Shown here in pieces: positions 12,767 through 26,239 of a DNA stretch of 64,000 nt; the first letter of the stretch is position 1, and each line of letters opens with the position of its first letter. The position numbers and the translations under genes were made by a program. Under the pieces are notes generated by a model, which was not told the origin of the DNA, ran no database searches, and worked only from the letters and a program-made list of their open reading frames with translations. This stretch comes from Eledone cirrhosa (lineage: Eukaryota), in NCBI GenBank assembly GCA_964016885.1, contig OZ024741.1, forward strand, positions 1,550,001 to 1,614,000, given 5' to 3'.

Positions 12767-13499
12767 AATAATAATAATAATGGTTTTTTTATTGGCCACA
12801 AGGGCTAATATGAAGAAAAACATTAGAGACGGCACAGAACAGTACAGGACGATTCAAAGTGGGTTTTGGTCATGTAATCAGGTCATAACAAAATCGGGCT
12901 AGAAATCAAAAAAATTCAAACAACAAAATTTCCCCAATTTGTGCAGTAACGGCTCGAGGGCCAGTACGTACAAGAGGGACGGGAGGGGCAACCCTAGTGG
13001 ACCCAGCGCATGATGCTGAAAGGCTGCGACAGGTGACCATTCACCCTCACAATCGAACACATGTCGCTGTGCATCGCAGCGATCTAGCCTCTGAAAATGG
13101 GCCCAAAGCCGGCCGCCTCGAGGACCGCAGCCAGGTACCGATGGTCGACCCTATCAAATGCAGTGTCCACATGGTCTTAGATTGTTAACAATAAGATATA
13201 AGAAACATGACTAGTTACTGCTAAATTATGGTAAATACTGGAAAGAGAATTCTGTAGAGAACATTAGAAATATGGTAACAAAAGAGTTAAATATATACAT
13301 ACAATATGGCGACGGTTATGATGGTGGTTGTTGTGGTTTGAGGGAGATTTTAGCTGTTATTTCTAATAGGTAACTATATTTTGGAATCTAAATGTCATTA
13401 CAGTAATGGAAGAGTTAAAGTTTAGGGAGTGATTCAAGGGAAGTTTGGCTGTTATTTCTAACAGATAAGTAACTATGTAACGATTCTCTCTTTGGCAGG

Positions 13500-14055
13500 A
13501 ACTGCTGTTGTTGGTAATGGTGGTGGTTGTTGGTGGTGGTAAGGCAGTGGTTGTTGGTGGTGATGGTGGTATAATGGTGGTTGTTGGTGGTGATGGTGGT
13601 ATGGTGGTGGTTGTTGTTGTTGGTAATGGTGGTGGTGGTATGGCGGTAGTTGTTTGTGTTGGTAATAGTGGTGGTGGTGGTATGGCGATGGTTGTTTTTG
13701 TTGGTAATGGTGGTGGTGGTGGTATGGCGGTGGTTGTTTTTGTTGGTAATGGTGGTGGTAGTGGTATGGGGTGGTTGTTTTTGTTGGTAATGGTAGTGGT
13801 GGTGGTGGTGGTATGGTGGTGGTTGTTTTTGTTGGTAATTGTTGTTGTTATTGTTGCTGGTGGTAGTGGTATGGCGGTGGTTGTTGTGTTGGTGGTAGTG
13901 CTAGTAGCGGTTATTGTATCAGTAGTGCTGATTGTAGTGGTATTAAAGTGGTGTTGTAATGATAGTAGTATTTATAGTGGTAGCGAGGATGATGGCAGTG
14001 CTGGTAATTGTGGTAATGTTAGTACTAGTAGTAGTATTAGTAGCAGCATGGTAAT
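13500..14055. repeat. Degenerate (GGT/GTT)n low-complexity tract
   Basis: Seen directly in the sequence. Confidence 0.9.
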
Positions 14056-14172
14056 AATTGTTTCCACTTTTGGCACAAGTCCAGCAATTACCCGAGTGTA
14101 TTACTGGCACTTTATTTTATCGACCCCGTAAGGATAAAAGGCAAAGTTAACCTCGGCGGGATTTGAACTCAG
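14055..14172 (-). mobile_element. tRNA-derived SINE fragment (octopus-type)
   Basis: Minus strand: B-box-like GAGTTCAAATCC then ccgaggttaactttgccttttatccttacggggtcgataaaataaag; homologous to 30598-30732 and 16818-16945. Confidence 0.7.
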
Positions 14173-14959
14173 ATCTATTGATCCAAGTTGATTAGGGTCC
14201 CACCCGTGCAGGTTCCTTAACCACCCTTTCTATGATGTATCGCATGAGATGGAGGTTGTCGTGGATGGGTCTGTCCGGAATGGCGCATGTCTGCGCCTCT
14301 CCCACCAGATCACCGACGACAAGCGCCAATATCTTTGCTAACACCTTGGCCAAAATCTTGAACTCTGCGTTTATCAGAGTTATGGACCTGAAGTTGTCTG
14401 TAACGTCCCCCTTGTTCCGGTCTTTTCTGAGCAGCGCTACCACTCCCCGGCTCACAAAACTGGGAATGCTGCCAGTTGCAGTAGACATCTGCCAAGAGGT
14501 CGTCCAACAAGTCTGGCATGTACGCATAAAGCTCGTAGGGCAGACCATCCAAACCTGGTGATTTGCCCCTCGTACAGTCAGACATCGCTTCCCGTATTAT
14601 TTCACCGGCTGTTAACGGCGTTTCGCACCACTGCGCTGCGGTCGTCGAGAGCCGCTGCGGTCCGTCGTGGTATGCACCGAAGTTCATACTCCGATCCGGC
14701 CCACCACCGCTCCCGAACAATTGAGCTAAGTGTAGTTGAAAAACCTCACACATCTGCTCGGGTTCACGTGTGTTAATAATATACAGTCATAAATATTTTC
14801 ACACATCTGCCATGAGCAAACATCTATTTAATATCCTTAGTGTGTTTATATACATCTATATGTTTGTATGTGTGTGGCTGGTGTGTGTGTGTACGATCAT
14901 TGTCCGTGTGTTGACATTATACAGTGGATGTATAACACACCAATGTGCTGAATATCGTG

Positions 14960-15440
14960 AGTAGTTGTAAAGGACGCGCGTCTTATCGCTCGTCATAATG
15001 AGATCAAGAAATGGGTCGTTTTTGTTACGCAACAGAAATGAAGAGCAGACTTCATAACGACGATGTTTCTGGATTTTGTTTCATTTTTGTCATGCTCAGT
15101 TCTCAAATTTCGACTTTCCAATTCAGTTCAAATGTTCAGAAATTGTTCTAATGTTTATATCTTGATCTCCTGCAAGGTCTTCAACAGTTGTGCGAGGATT
15201 TGATTGTCCCCAAACCTTCAATACATCGACGTAAATGGCAGAAGGGTATCCGTGATCTTCCTCATCTTCAATAGTGAATTCACCGGAATGTTTGAAACCA
15301 ACATTGCGTTGTGTATTCCTTGGTCCCAAACTTTGTTAATGTTTCTACAAGTTTATGCTGTAGTGAGGTTGAGTTTAAACTCAGAAATAAGTTTGGCAAA
15401 AATCTTGATTTGACATCTTAACTTCAAAGATCTGAAAAGT
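14960..15440 (-). pseudogene. Mariner-type transposase fragment
   Basis: F..GEFTIEDEE..G.PS.I..D.LK......P.TTV..LA.......IS.HL (HTH region) and DLIMTSDK resembling the first catalytic Asp motif. Confidence 0.7.
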
Positions 15441-15542
15441 GACAAACATGAAATTTATATTAACAATGGATTACAGAGAAAGATAGGGTATAAAGTAAGT
15501 TTTTATTCTTTTAAAATGTTGAAACAATGAAAATATAAAAGA

Positions 15543-16599
15543 CTAGCATTAAAGCCCGGCGTTGCTCGGGGTCATTAAGTTACCAAAGTTAGGTTGCACC
15601 ACCCATTTTATGGCAGCACTTTTTTGTCTGCCAGGCACTGGGTGAATGAATTGCAGACCTGGAAGCAGGAGCTGCGCCAGCAGTGACAATTGTAGTTTCG
15701 CCTATGGATATTATCTCTGTGCAAAAAAGTGTTGAAATTTATTGTTTCACAGTACTTGCGCAACACGCGCGTAGACGATGCCAGCCGAACAACAGAGCTG
15801 CGATGGAGTTGTTCTGCATGGTTGTCTGTGTGTTTTCTAAATTTAAGACAGTAGGGAGGGTTGTGATATGAGGGAGAGTTAGCTGTTGTTTCTAGCAGGT
15901 TTAGTGACCTCATAGAGGATATGTGTTTTCTAAATTTAAGACAGTAGGGAGTGGTGTGATATGGGGGAGAGTTAGCTGCTGTTTCTAGCAGGTTTCGTAA
16001 CCTCATAGAGGATATGTGTTTTCTAAATTTAAGACAGTAGGGAGTGGTGTGATATGGGGGAGAGTTAGTTGCTGTTTCTAGCAGGTTTAGTGACATCATA
16101 GAGGATATTATTGTTTATCATTATCTATAAAAGGCAGATTGTTGTTGTTGTTGTTGAAGTGAGTGTGTGTTTGTATGCGTTTGGAAAAGAGGTTTTAAAA
16201 AAGATTTATCGCTTGTTGTTGAATAAATGTATCTGTATAAAAGAGAAAGTAGCAAAATGTGTGGGTTGTAGTTAGAGGTAAGCAGATGATATGAGAGAGT
16301 AAAACGGACAGTATCAACATCAAGCTTGGAAAGAGAAAGTAGCAGAAAGTATGAAGTTGTATAGATTTTGAATGGTAGTGGAAAGAGTTTAGCAGTTTAA
16401 ATGACAGAGAAAAATCGTAAAATATTGAGTTTTATCTATTTTTTGCGTAATTGTGGGTGAAATTGAAAAGATTATCTGTGCCAAGACGCAATCGAAGCTA
16501 TTTCGAATACTGAATTGTAAATTTCAATTGAAGAAATTCTATATCGTAGATTTCTATAAGAAAGGAACATGACCACACACTGAGCTTTATAGATTATGA
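15543..16599 (-). mobile_element. Non-autonomous Helitron, related family
   Basis: Minus strand ends gaccccgagcaacgccgggctttaatgCTAG|T, almost identical to the 3' end at 545-576; probable 5' A|TCATAATCTATAAAG at 16599. Confidence 0.75.
15828..16107. repeat. 93-bp tandem repeat x3 inside the Helitron
   Basis: Units begin ~15828, 15921 and 16014. Confidence 0.92.
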
Positions 16600-16619
16600 T
16601 GCATTAATGTCTGTGCACT

Positions 16620-16945
16620 CTAATATTTTATTTCATCGACCTGGGAAGTTAATAGAAATTGAACTTAGAACCTAAAGAGATGGTTCAAACAGTGTTGAGC
16701 ATTTGTCCGGCCCTCTAAGGATTCTACCAATTCACTGACCTTATAATTGTTTGTAAATGGACATGAGGACAGCAATTTTAGGGAAGGACAAAAAGCGATT
16801 ATATCAAGTCTGTACTTGACTGGTAGTTTTATTTTATCAACGTCAGAAGGATGAAAGTTAACCACGTTAGGATTTGAACTGAGAACGTAAAGATCAGGAG
16901 CAAATGTTGTAAAGTATTTTGTTGGGTGTTCTAATGGCTCTGCCA
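16620..16945 (-). mobile_element. Two decayed SINE fragments
   Basis: Variants of ttttatcgac...ggatgaaag...gatttgaactgagaacgtaaag at ~16625-16720 and ~16818-16945. Confidence 0.55.
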
Positions 16946-17119
16946 ACCCACCAGCCCCGTGGGGACAATAAGGACAATAACAACCACCCCAGATGTAAAA
17001 TAACCTCCCCCCCCTTTCCTCCCTTTATTTCTAAAGAGAGAAAACAGAGCACGAGACTAATCCCACCGGCAATGTCGTTGACATTTACGGAGGAGATTAT
17101 AGTTGACGTAAGGAAGATA

Positions 17120-17712
<593 letters not shown>

Positions 17713-18064
17713 TGTATATAAGAAGTAGGCCAGTCAAGCCTGAAATGCATAAACGGTTGTCCCGCTGGCTTCTGCTGGACACCACCAGAGGGCGTTAGCC
17801 CCAGTGTTTGCATAGCTACGGCTTCCTAAAACCGTGTTTCTTTAAAAATACGAAATTTCTATACATATTGTATAACGCTATGCTTGAAGCGAAATCCTAT
17901 TTCTATATATATAATGAAAGAATTAGAAAACTACAAGGGGTAGAAATTAATTAATCCATTTTTACGATCGTTTCAAGGAACAAAATTATTGATGTGTAAA
18001 CAAATCCATGACAGTTATGCAACTTCATACCCCCCCCCCATATATATATATATGTTGATTGCTA

Positions 18065-19732
18065 CTTCTTGTCAGAAGAGTGCCATCCCTTCATTGAATA
18101 ATACACAGTCATGTGCATGCAGGTGACTTTTCAGACCCGCTTTTGTTTTGCAGGTACGTTCACAGATGTGACACTTGAAGTGTCTGTCTCCTGGTCAAAC
18201 CAGCTGGGGTGTGTCTTCATACATTGTACCATGTCTGGTCAGTCCATCCGCTGACTTACAAATTAACCCACACTCACTGAAAATGTACCGTGAAGTGTGT
18301 GGCAGTAGAACCATGTCACAGGTGACTCGATTTCTCCCTAGCTCCTGTGATTTCAGATGGTTAACAAAACCAACTCGTGTTTGAAGAAATAGGCCACATT
18401 TGAATTCTTGCTGAATGTTTGCAGGCATTGCACTTGAGTCCTGCTTAAGACGTGAATGCTTCAAAACAGCATGCTCCACTCACTTTTTCGCAAAGACATC
18501 ACCTCCATATTTGATGATCTTTCTCGATGATGTACGTCCTTGAGCCAGTCTCTCCCGGGTCTGTATATCAATCTTCAGAGCTTTAAGATTGTCTTTTATG
18601 ACATCCTTAAACCCATAAAATAGTTGTTTAGGCAGCCTTCCATTTTCAATCTTGACCACATGACCAGCACAACGCATCTGCTTCACAATAATCCTCCTCT
18701 CGATACTGGTGCTACCCGCTTTCTCAAGTACCGCATCATCAGGTGTGTAGGAGGACCACTTGGTGTTCAGGATGCCTCGAATACAATGCTGATGAAACCT
18801 TCCAGCTACATGATGTGATGCCTGTAAGTTGTTCACGTTTCACATCCGTATAGCAGGGCGGTAAGAACACAGGCCTCATACACAGAGAGCTTTGTGTTTT
18901 TCGTGATACGCTGATTTGACTAGACTTGCTTCTCAAGCTGCCCGAACGCAAGACTTGCTTTAGCAATCCTCCGATTTATTTCAGCATCGAGGGTACCATC
19001 TCTACTAAGTGTACTTCCGAGATACACAAAACTATTCCCCACCTCAAGTCTTTTTCCTCTCACGAAAATATCTGACTCCACATACACTTTCTCAACTGGT
19101 GGAGTGTACATGACCTTTATCTTTTGTAGACTAATATTTAGCCCAAACACAGTACATTTTGTTAGCCACACAATCTGCATCATCAGCATACAGGAACTCC
19201 CTAACAAGAGCCTAACAAGTGTGCCAAATGTTTTGGGGTTGGTGTTAAACCGTCTTAGATTAAATACTTTGCCAGAGGTTCTAATTCGCAAGTATACTCC
19301 GGTTTCGAAATCTTGGAAGGCAGATGTCAGCAGCACGCCAAAGTAGATGTATAACAGATTGAGTACATGTGCACCTTGTTTAAGACTGTTTTCCACTGAA
19401 ATTGGCTCTGAAAGTGTCCCATTGAAGTTCATTTTTGCTTTCATATTTTGATGGAGTTTTCTGAATATTCCAACAAACTCATGAGGGCATCCGAGTTTCC
19501 CCAATACCACCCACAATACACTACAATTAAGTATTGAAGGTCCTTATATAAGGTTCAATACTTGGTAAAATAGCAATTATTGCTCCACACACTTCTCCAT
19601 AAGGTGACGGGCTAAGAAATCATGTCCATAGTATCCTGTCCAGCTCTGAATCCACACTGGGTCTCAGGGATAGCACCAGGGCAGATTCATTCCATTAGAC
19701 CACCCAGCAAGACCTTGGATAAGACTTTCCCT

Positions 19733-19738
<6 letters not shown>
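18065..19738 (-). mobile_element. Decayed RTE/BovB-like LINE, 5'-truncated
   Basis: F.YLGSTLSRDGTLDAEINRRIAKAS.AFG.L, RLPKQLFYG, ETQCGFRAG and terminal C2H2-like CGLICKSADGLTRH; many frameshifts. Confidence 0.88.
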
Positions 19739-19773
<35 letters not shown>

Positions 19774-19776
<3 letters not shown>

Positions 19777-20135
19777 TAATCTTACCTGTATGACATGGTC
19801 CCGCAAGATTGGGTAGATGCAATTTTGCTCTCGACTTACAAGGACAAGGGCTCCAAGTCGGAAGGCGGTGATTATCGTGGTATAAATTTGCTCGAATCGG
19901 TAGGAAAAGTCTCAAAAGAGCTGTTGATTCCAGACTTGGGCCAGATTGATACAGATCGAACCTTGAACTGATCAATAGCGAAACGCGCGTCACTACTCAA
20001 TAAACGTAATGAAGACATAACAAATCGTCCGTGTATTATTATATTTACACTCTGTTTAGTTCTACACCTCGTTACAGACGAGAAACTCTGCATCGAGTGT
20101 TTACTCGGGTGAACCTACAGTAACTGCATGTTACA
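19774..20135 (+). mobile_element. Possible solo LTR (~360 bp) in (TA)n
   Basis: TG...CA ends (TGCTAA/TTACA), internal TATAAA (~19881) and AATAAA (~19999); no internal domain or clear TSD. Confidence 0.35.
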
Positions 20136-20137
20136 CT

Positions 20138-20178
<41 letters not shown>

Positions 20179-20289
20179 GGTGTGTGTAAGCGCGAAGCTG
20201 TGAGCAAAAGTATGTTAAAATAAGGGAGCGTGTGTGCGTATACAGAACTGTAAAGGGAAAAGGCTACAGTGCCGACAAAGACGGAACAA

Positions 20290-20418
20290 TTAGGAGTAGG
20301 GTATGGAGAGTTTGGTGTGGGTTAGACGGGGGGGGGGTGAAGTCGGGGTAACAGTGTTAGTCAGTTTGTAGAAGATGGAAGTAGAGAGGGTCTGGTGAAT
20401 GTAGTCGATAGAGAGAGA

Positions 20419-20496
<78 letters not shown>

Positions 20497-21380
20497 AAGA
20501 AAAGGGACAGAAGAATCGGAGATGGAGGTGGTGAAGGTGAGAGCGGGATCAAAAGATTGAACGAAAGAGAGAAAACAGTCGAGCTGTTCACGAGATAGAG
20601 AGGTGGCGCCGATACAGTCGTCGATATAACGACCGTATAGCTCAGGAGTAGGTCTAGCGTACTGGGAGAAGATCTGGGCTCCGACATAGCCAACAAACAA
20701 GTTGATATAGTTTGGACCCATTCTGGTTCCCTTTGCTACCCCAAAGACCTGCTGGTAGAACTCACCGGAAAAGGAAAACCCATTGAGCATTGAGGGTCAA
20801 AACAAGCTCAGCCAGACGGAGAAGAGTGGTGGTGCTGGGGTAAGTGGTAGGGAATTGGTCCACAACGTGTCGGAGAGTGCGGAGGCCGTCATCATGAGGG
20901 ATGACGGTATAGAGAGGTGATGTCCAGGGTGAAGAGAAGGTGGGAGGGACCAGGAGGGAAGGAGAAGGAGTTAAAGAGTCTAAGGGCATGATTGGTATTG
21001 TGTATGTGGGAGGGCAGGTTGACAACTAACGGGGCGAGGATGGTATCTAGGTATGGTGAGATGATTTCGGTGGGACAGTTGTAGGGGGAACGATAGGACG
21101 GCCGGGATTATTTTGTTTGCGTATTTTGAGGAGGAAGTAGATGGTGGGTGTGCGAGGGGAGTGTACTCTAAGGTTCGTGGCTGGGGGGGGGGGGTAGGAG
21201 AGAGGAGGAGATGATCTCGTGGATGATGGAGGACACGAGTTGTTGGTAGCCAGGAGTGGGGTCGGAGGATAAAGGGCGATAAAAAAGGGTATTGCGAAGC
21301 TGGCGGAGAGCCTCAGCCCTATAGAGGTCAACGCTCCAAATCACCACAGCGCCACCTTACTCAGCGAGTTTGATGACAAT
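20290..21380 (-). pseudogene. Penelope-like RT fragment (decayed), interrupted by (AG)n
   Basis: IVIK.A..GGAVVIW (DKG region), KI.K...PGRPIV, GT.MGPNY.NLF, GRYIDD, PFLD. Confidence 0.85.
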
Positions 21381-21766
21381 TTTAGTCAATCTCACTTCTA
21401 TATCGATCTCCCTACCATGGTTTTATTTGTGGAAGAAGTAATTATTGGAAAATACCAACATTTGAAGAAACTGCAAATTCGTCAGGCGAGTTATTCTTCA
21501 ATTCCTAGAGGCCATATTTATCATGAAACTCTACCGATCCAACATGTAGAAAAACACGTTGTGTAATTGAACCGTTACATGAATAAACCTCTCTTAATAT
21601 TTGGACTACATGACAGGCTTACAAAGCCGCTAGAAATAGCAGTCAATTGACCGTCTAACATAACTCAATTTGCAGATTCTTCAAATGTTGGTCTTTTCCA
21701 ATAATTATTCCTTCCACAAATGAAACTATTGTCGGATGATCGATATATAAGTGAAATTCACTAAAA
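21380..21766. mobile_element. MITE/foldback element with ~100-bp imperfect TIRs
   Basis: 21380-21480 is the reverse complement of 21667-21766 (e.g. tttgtggaagaagtaattattggaaa / tttccaataattattccttccacaaa). Confidence 0.8.
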
Positions 21767-21867
21767 ACCCTTTTTTCGTCTGACTTATAATTAAGCTTTT
21801 CAGTTAATTCAAATATGTAATGTTGCTTCTCTTATTGATATTTTACCTGGATATTTTATCCATTCAT

Positions 21868-22173
21868 TGAGAATCGGATTTACCTTTGTGCTTAGGTGTG
21901 CTTAAGCAGATTCCCCATTGCCCAGAGGGGGCCCTTCTTCCTGCCCCTACAATTTTTTACGATGAGTTTTTCAACTGCTTTTCAAATGTCAAACGTCGAA
22001 GGAGCCTCAAAACATATCTAGCACAGGGCCTTGTAACTTAACTATTACGGGGCCTCATAGCTTAACTAGCACAGAGCCTCATAGCTTAACTATCACAGGG
22101 CCTCATAACTTAACTAGTACAGGGCCTCATAACTTAACTAGCACAGGGCCCGATTTGCCCTAAATCCGGCACT
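21868..22173. mobile_element. Small DNA-transposon-derived element with internal 24-bp tandem repeat
   Basis: Ends cggattta... / ...taaatccggcactg; ~6 units of agcacagggcctcataacttaact at 22020-22150. Confidence 0.55.
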
Positions 22174-23019
22174 GATTGAGATGTTTAAGTATTAGAGACC
22201 AATTAATATTTATTTATATATATATATAGTTATACTTTGGGAGGGTCATTCTGCCAATAAAAACACACGCACTTGTTGGTTTTCACTTCAATTTATTATA
22301 AATTTCCGGTTGGTTGGTTGGTTCAATAACCGGAGGGTTGTTTATATATTTTCAAAGCTCTTTCGTCACATATTCTGTGACCTCCTCCAAAAGAGAGACA
22401 CAACCCCCCCCCCCCAAAAAAAAAACCCAGTCACCCTCTCCCCTCCCCTTCCTATCTACCATACCCTTTTTTACATTCTCACATGAGGCGGCTGAGAAGA
22501 TTGTTGAATTTGTTTCCATTAAATTAAAATTAGAGGAGCTTTGATTCTAGATTATTTGGAAATTAGCACAAAAGAATTTTATCCGATGGCTACAAATTGA
22601 TACCTCAAATCTCCAGGTAAGTGATATCTCGAACTAATTCAAAATCTGTTACTTTACAATTAAGCATAGCCAGCAGTTAATGAGGTCTATTGAAAAAAAA
22701 AAAACGATTCCTCATTTCGAGTGAAGGAAACAATGTTTTCCATGGTATTTCGTAAGTTCTGTCAGAATTCTCATTACATTTCCAGAGAGAAGAGGAGGGA
22801 CTTGAATTTAGAACACACAAACAGATGCGCTCCAGCAATTTCACCAATCCTTTGTCCTTATTTATCAACTTCACGTCACACGGTGTCTCATTGAGAACCA
22901 CGTTAAGGTTACATGTGCTCGTGGAATGCTCAGCCACTTGCACTCCAATTTCACGTGCAGGCTGTTCTATGGATGGAGCAGCTCAAACAAACTTCGTAGG
23001 AACCGATGGCGGTCAATCA

Positions 23020-23335
23020 CTCATACACACGTACATATATATTCACACACACACACATACACACGTACATATATATTCACACTCATACACATACACACGT
23101 ACATATATATTCACACACATACACACGCACATATATATTCACACACACACGTACATATATATTCACACACACACACACACGTACATATATATTCACACTC
23201 ATACACATACACACGTACATATATATTCACACACACACATACACACGTACATATATATTCACACACACACACGTACATATATATTCACACACACACACGT
23301 ACATATATATTTACACACACACATACACACGCACA
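23020..23335. repeat. CA/TA-derived minisatellite (acacacgtacatatatattcacac core)
   Basis: About ten variable-length units seen directly. Confidence 0.9.
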
Positions 23336-23516
23336 CATTTCTTTCACCAGTTTACGTCAACGAAATTTGACACAGGAGGCATCATTGCTGAAGCCTAAGT
23401 TATATCAGAGGTGCCACACTGTTGATGTCAATCCGAAACCACGTGGTTGCGATGCGAACTCCTACACACACCATATGTATATATATGCGTGTGTCTGTGT
23501 GTGTATATATATATAT

Positions 23517-23732
23517 ACGAGGGTCGACTGAAAAGTCCATAGTTTGACTAAGATACTCTCACGGAATGATTAAATGAGGTTTATTTTTTAACATAGAACC
23601 TGGAAAGAAACGATGCAGTTATTAATATTATTAATAAGAAGAATTGAAATTAATGCATGCAAGATTTTACAGCTCTAGCATCACTGTTTCATCGTCAGCC
23701 TATGGACGTTTTGAACGTTTCAGTTGAACCTC

Positions 23733-23735
<3 letters not shown>
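23517..23735. mobile_element. Mariner-derived MITE
   Basis: Imperfect TIRs tacgagggtcgactgaaa / tttcagttgaacctcgtg, within (TA)n. Confidence 0.7.
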
Positions 23736-23794
<59 letters not shown>

Positions 23795-24494
23795 TATTTC
23801 TAATAACCATCTTTTCACTTCTTAATCTTCTTAATTTGTGGCTGAGGTCTTTTGACGAAACGAAAAGATTTCCGCCACCACATAAAATTTGTAAATCAGT
23901 GGCTAGTCGAGGGACGGAATTGTATCGGATTTCAGTTGCTATTCACTTTACTGTGTCGGCCATCACAAACCGTCATAGCCGGCATGGGCTGGGGTTTGGA
24001 TTCTGTCGATCGATTGGTTATTGATTAGGCGATACCCGCTGATGAAGCCAGATACACCGATTATGCATTGTTGCATAATATATGCAGACAAATGGTGCAG
24101 TGCATCTTACTGCTGCATTAAGTGTGGCCGAAACTCAAGTTCGGGAACTATTATAGGCACCCGTTTTACGTGTGTTGTATTGAAGCGAATAACTATGTGT
24201 ATACTCTGGGAATGTATCCTACATTGCCCATGGAATACGCTGAGATACAACAGGTCCTGGCATTGATAAATATGCTGGGTCCGTCAACTCCTTATTATAT
24301 ATATATACATATATATAATTAAAGTATGTGATAGTTTATCACCGACACTTCTGTGTGCAGAGTAGAACACTCAACAACGCCAGCACCAACAGTTTTGCAA
24401 GAGATGTCAACATGAATGGACCTGTTATTTTTATCTAAAGACATTTTTTCCAATTCCAACCGCCTGTGTCTTCAATCTATCTTATTTCTCATTC

Positions 24495-24535
24495 TTTCTT
24501 CTGATGAAGGACTAGCGTCCGAAACCTTAAAAACC
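24495..24535 (+). ncRNA. Minimal hammerhead-ribozyme-like motif (PLE terminus remnant)
   Basis: CTGATGA-A-GGAC-tagc-GTCC-GAAAC: both core boxes and a 4-bp stem II; stems I and III are poor. Confidence 0.55.
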
Positions 24536-24679
24536 TCTTCCTGCTATATCAAGCGTTAACCTAATATATCCCTTCCATATACTGTACCGATTGTGTTGTT
24601 ATTTCTGTTTACCATTTACATACATATATATATATAACACCGATTATGAATGAATGAAGTGAATTATAACCCGTTGATG

Positions 24680-24769
<90 letters not shown>

Positions 24770-24770
<1 letters not shown>

Positions 24771-24968
24771 GTTATCCCGGGTTCAATCGGGGGTAACCAC
24801 AGTAAGTAAGGTACTCAATAGAGTGCAGAGTATAAAAGTTTAATATAGGAAAGCTTCTACAGGACTAGAATGTTTCATTCGTGAGAAATCATCAGGAAGC
24901 TGACTTGGACAGTCAGCTTCCTGATGATTTCTCACGAATGAAACAGTTTTAGTCTTGTAGAAGCTTTG
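24770..24968. mobile_element. Miniature inverted-repeat element with hammerhead-like cores (probable PLE terminus pair)
   Basis: ~55-bp near-perfect inverted arms (24850-24904 / 24912-24967) with a 7-nt loop; each arm carries CTGATGA-tttc-tcac-gaat-GAAAC. Confidence 0.55.
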
Positions 24969-25815
24969 CTATAATAAAAATATAAATATATATGTGTGTG
25001 TGTCTGACGGTAGCTAAGATGCTTCCATATGCGGTATGCCGGTAGAGTATTATAGAATGAAAACGAAAAATCAGTGATGCATCGGAACTGAATTTATTGT
25101 TACAATTGTTTCCCCGGCGAACAGCTCGAGGTGCGATCCGTGTGTGGATCGACCTGACTCTAGTCTCGCAGGTTCTTCGGACACGTCTATTGATTTCAGA
25201 CCACATCCTCTTTCTGGGGTTTCTGGCCCTACAGGCCTATATCATCCACCTTCATCCGCTTTGCGCATCCTTGGGTTGGTCACTGGTTAGTGACGTCATC
25301 ATTATTCTGACCACTGGTAGCAGCCCGCTGACCGTCAGGGCGTGAGCTGTCACTCACTGTCCCGTCGGCAAAATTACTGCTGTTTGTCAGCTCACACTCC
25401 CACACACCCACACAGATACTGAGAGATACATACAGAGTAGCTTGTGTGCTTACGTTCACACATGCACGCCCAGAAGCATACACACATATCCATGTATACA
25501 CACACACGTAAATAGTCACACAAATATACGCATACATGCACACAGAGAGGCACACACACACACACGCACGTGTATATACGCATATACACAGACACACACA
25601 CATACACGCACCCACATATATACATGCACACACACGTACGCATCCGTACATATACATACGCATACACGCACAGATATATATACATACATACACTTACATA
25701 CACACATATGCACATCTGCACATTTATATGCATACATACACACATACATATATATAAAAATACACACCCACACGCCCACACACACGTATACACACATACG
25801 TCTACACACATGTAT

Positions 25816-25906
<91 letters not shown>

Positions 25907-26239
25907 CATACCCCTATATATTTCCCTCCCCCCGTACACATGTGCATACACACATATACAGACACATATATTCTTACACATATGTATATATGTATATACA
26001 TACATCTACACACACATAAAAAATATGACAAAAATACATGTAAGAAAAGCATATAAAGATACACATTGGGCTGTACATGCAAGAATGTACCTTGGTGTAC
26101 GTGCTGACAGAGATGATATTATGTTGCCAACGTGGATTAATCCACGTCTAGACACCACAAGCAAGGCTACATATGGCGAGTACATGGCGAGTTCATGGTA
26201 TGTCCAGACCGTATATAGAAAATGTATGCAGGATATATA

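Larger units (their letters stand above)
12782..14770 (-). mobile_element. Tx1-type LINE copy D, internally deleted and split by a ~1-kb insertion (13162-14175)
   Basis: 3' terminus at 12782; RT sequence breaks at FDRVDH (~13160) and resumes with the adjacent LINLDQ at ~14175. Confidence 0.75.

Noticed and set aside
13508-14131. Gly/Val-rich 207-aa membrane-like ORF
   Set aside because: Product of (GGT)n low-complexity sequence.
23684-23700. Hammerhead-like CTGACGA-T-GAAAC on the minus strand
   Set aside because: No stem II, and it lies inside a mariner MITE.
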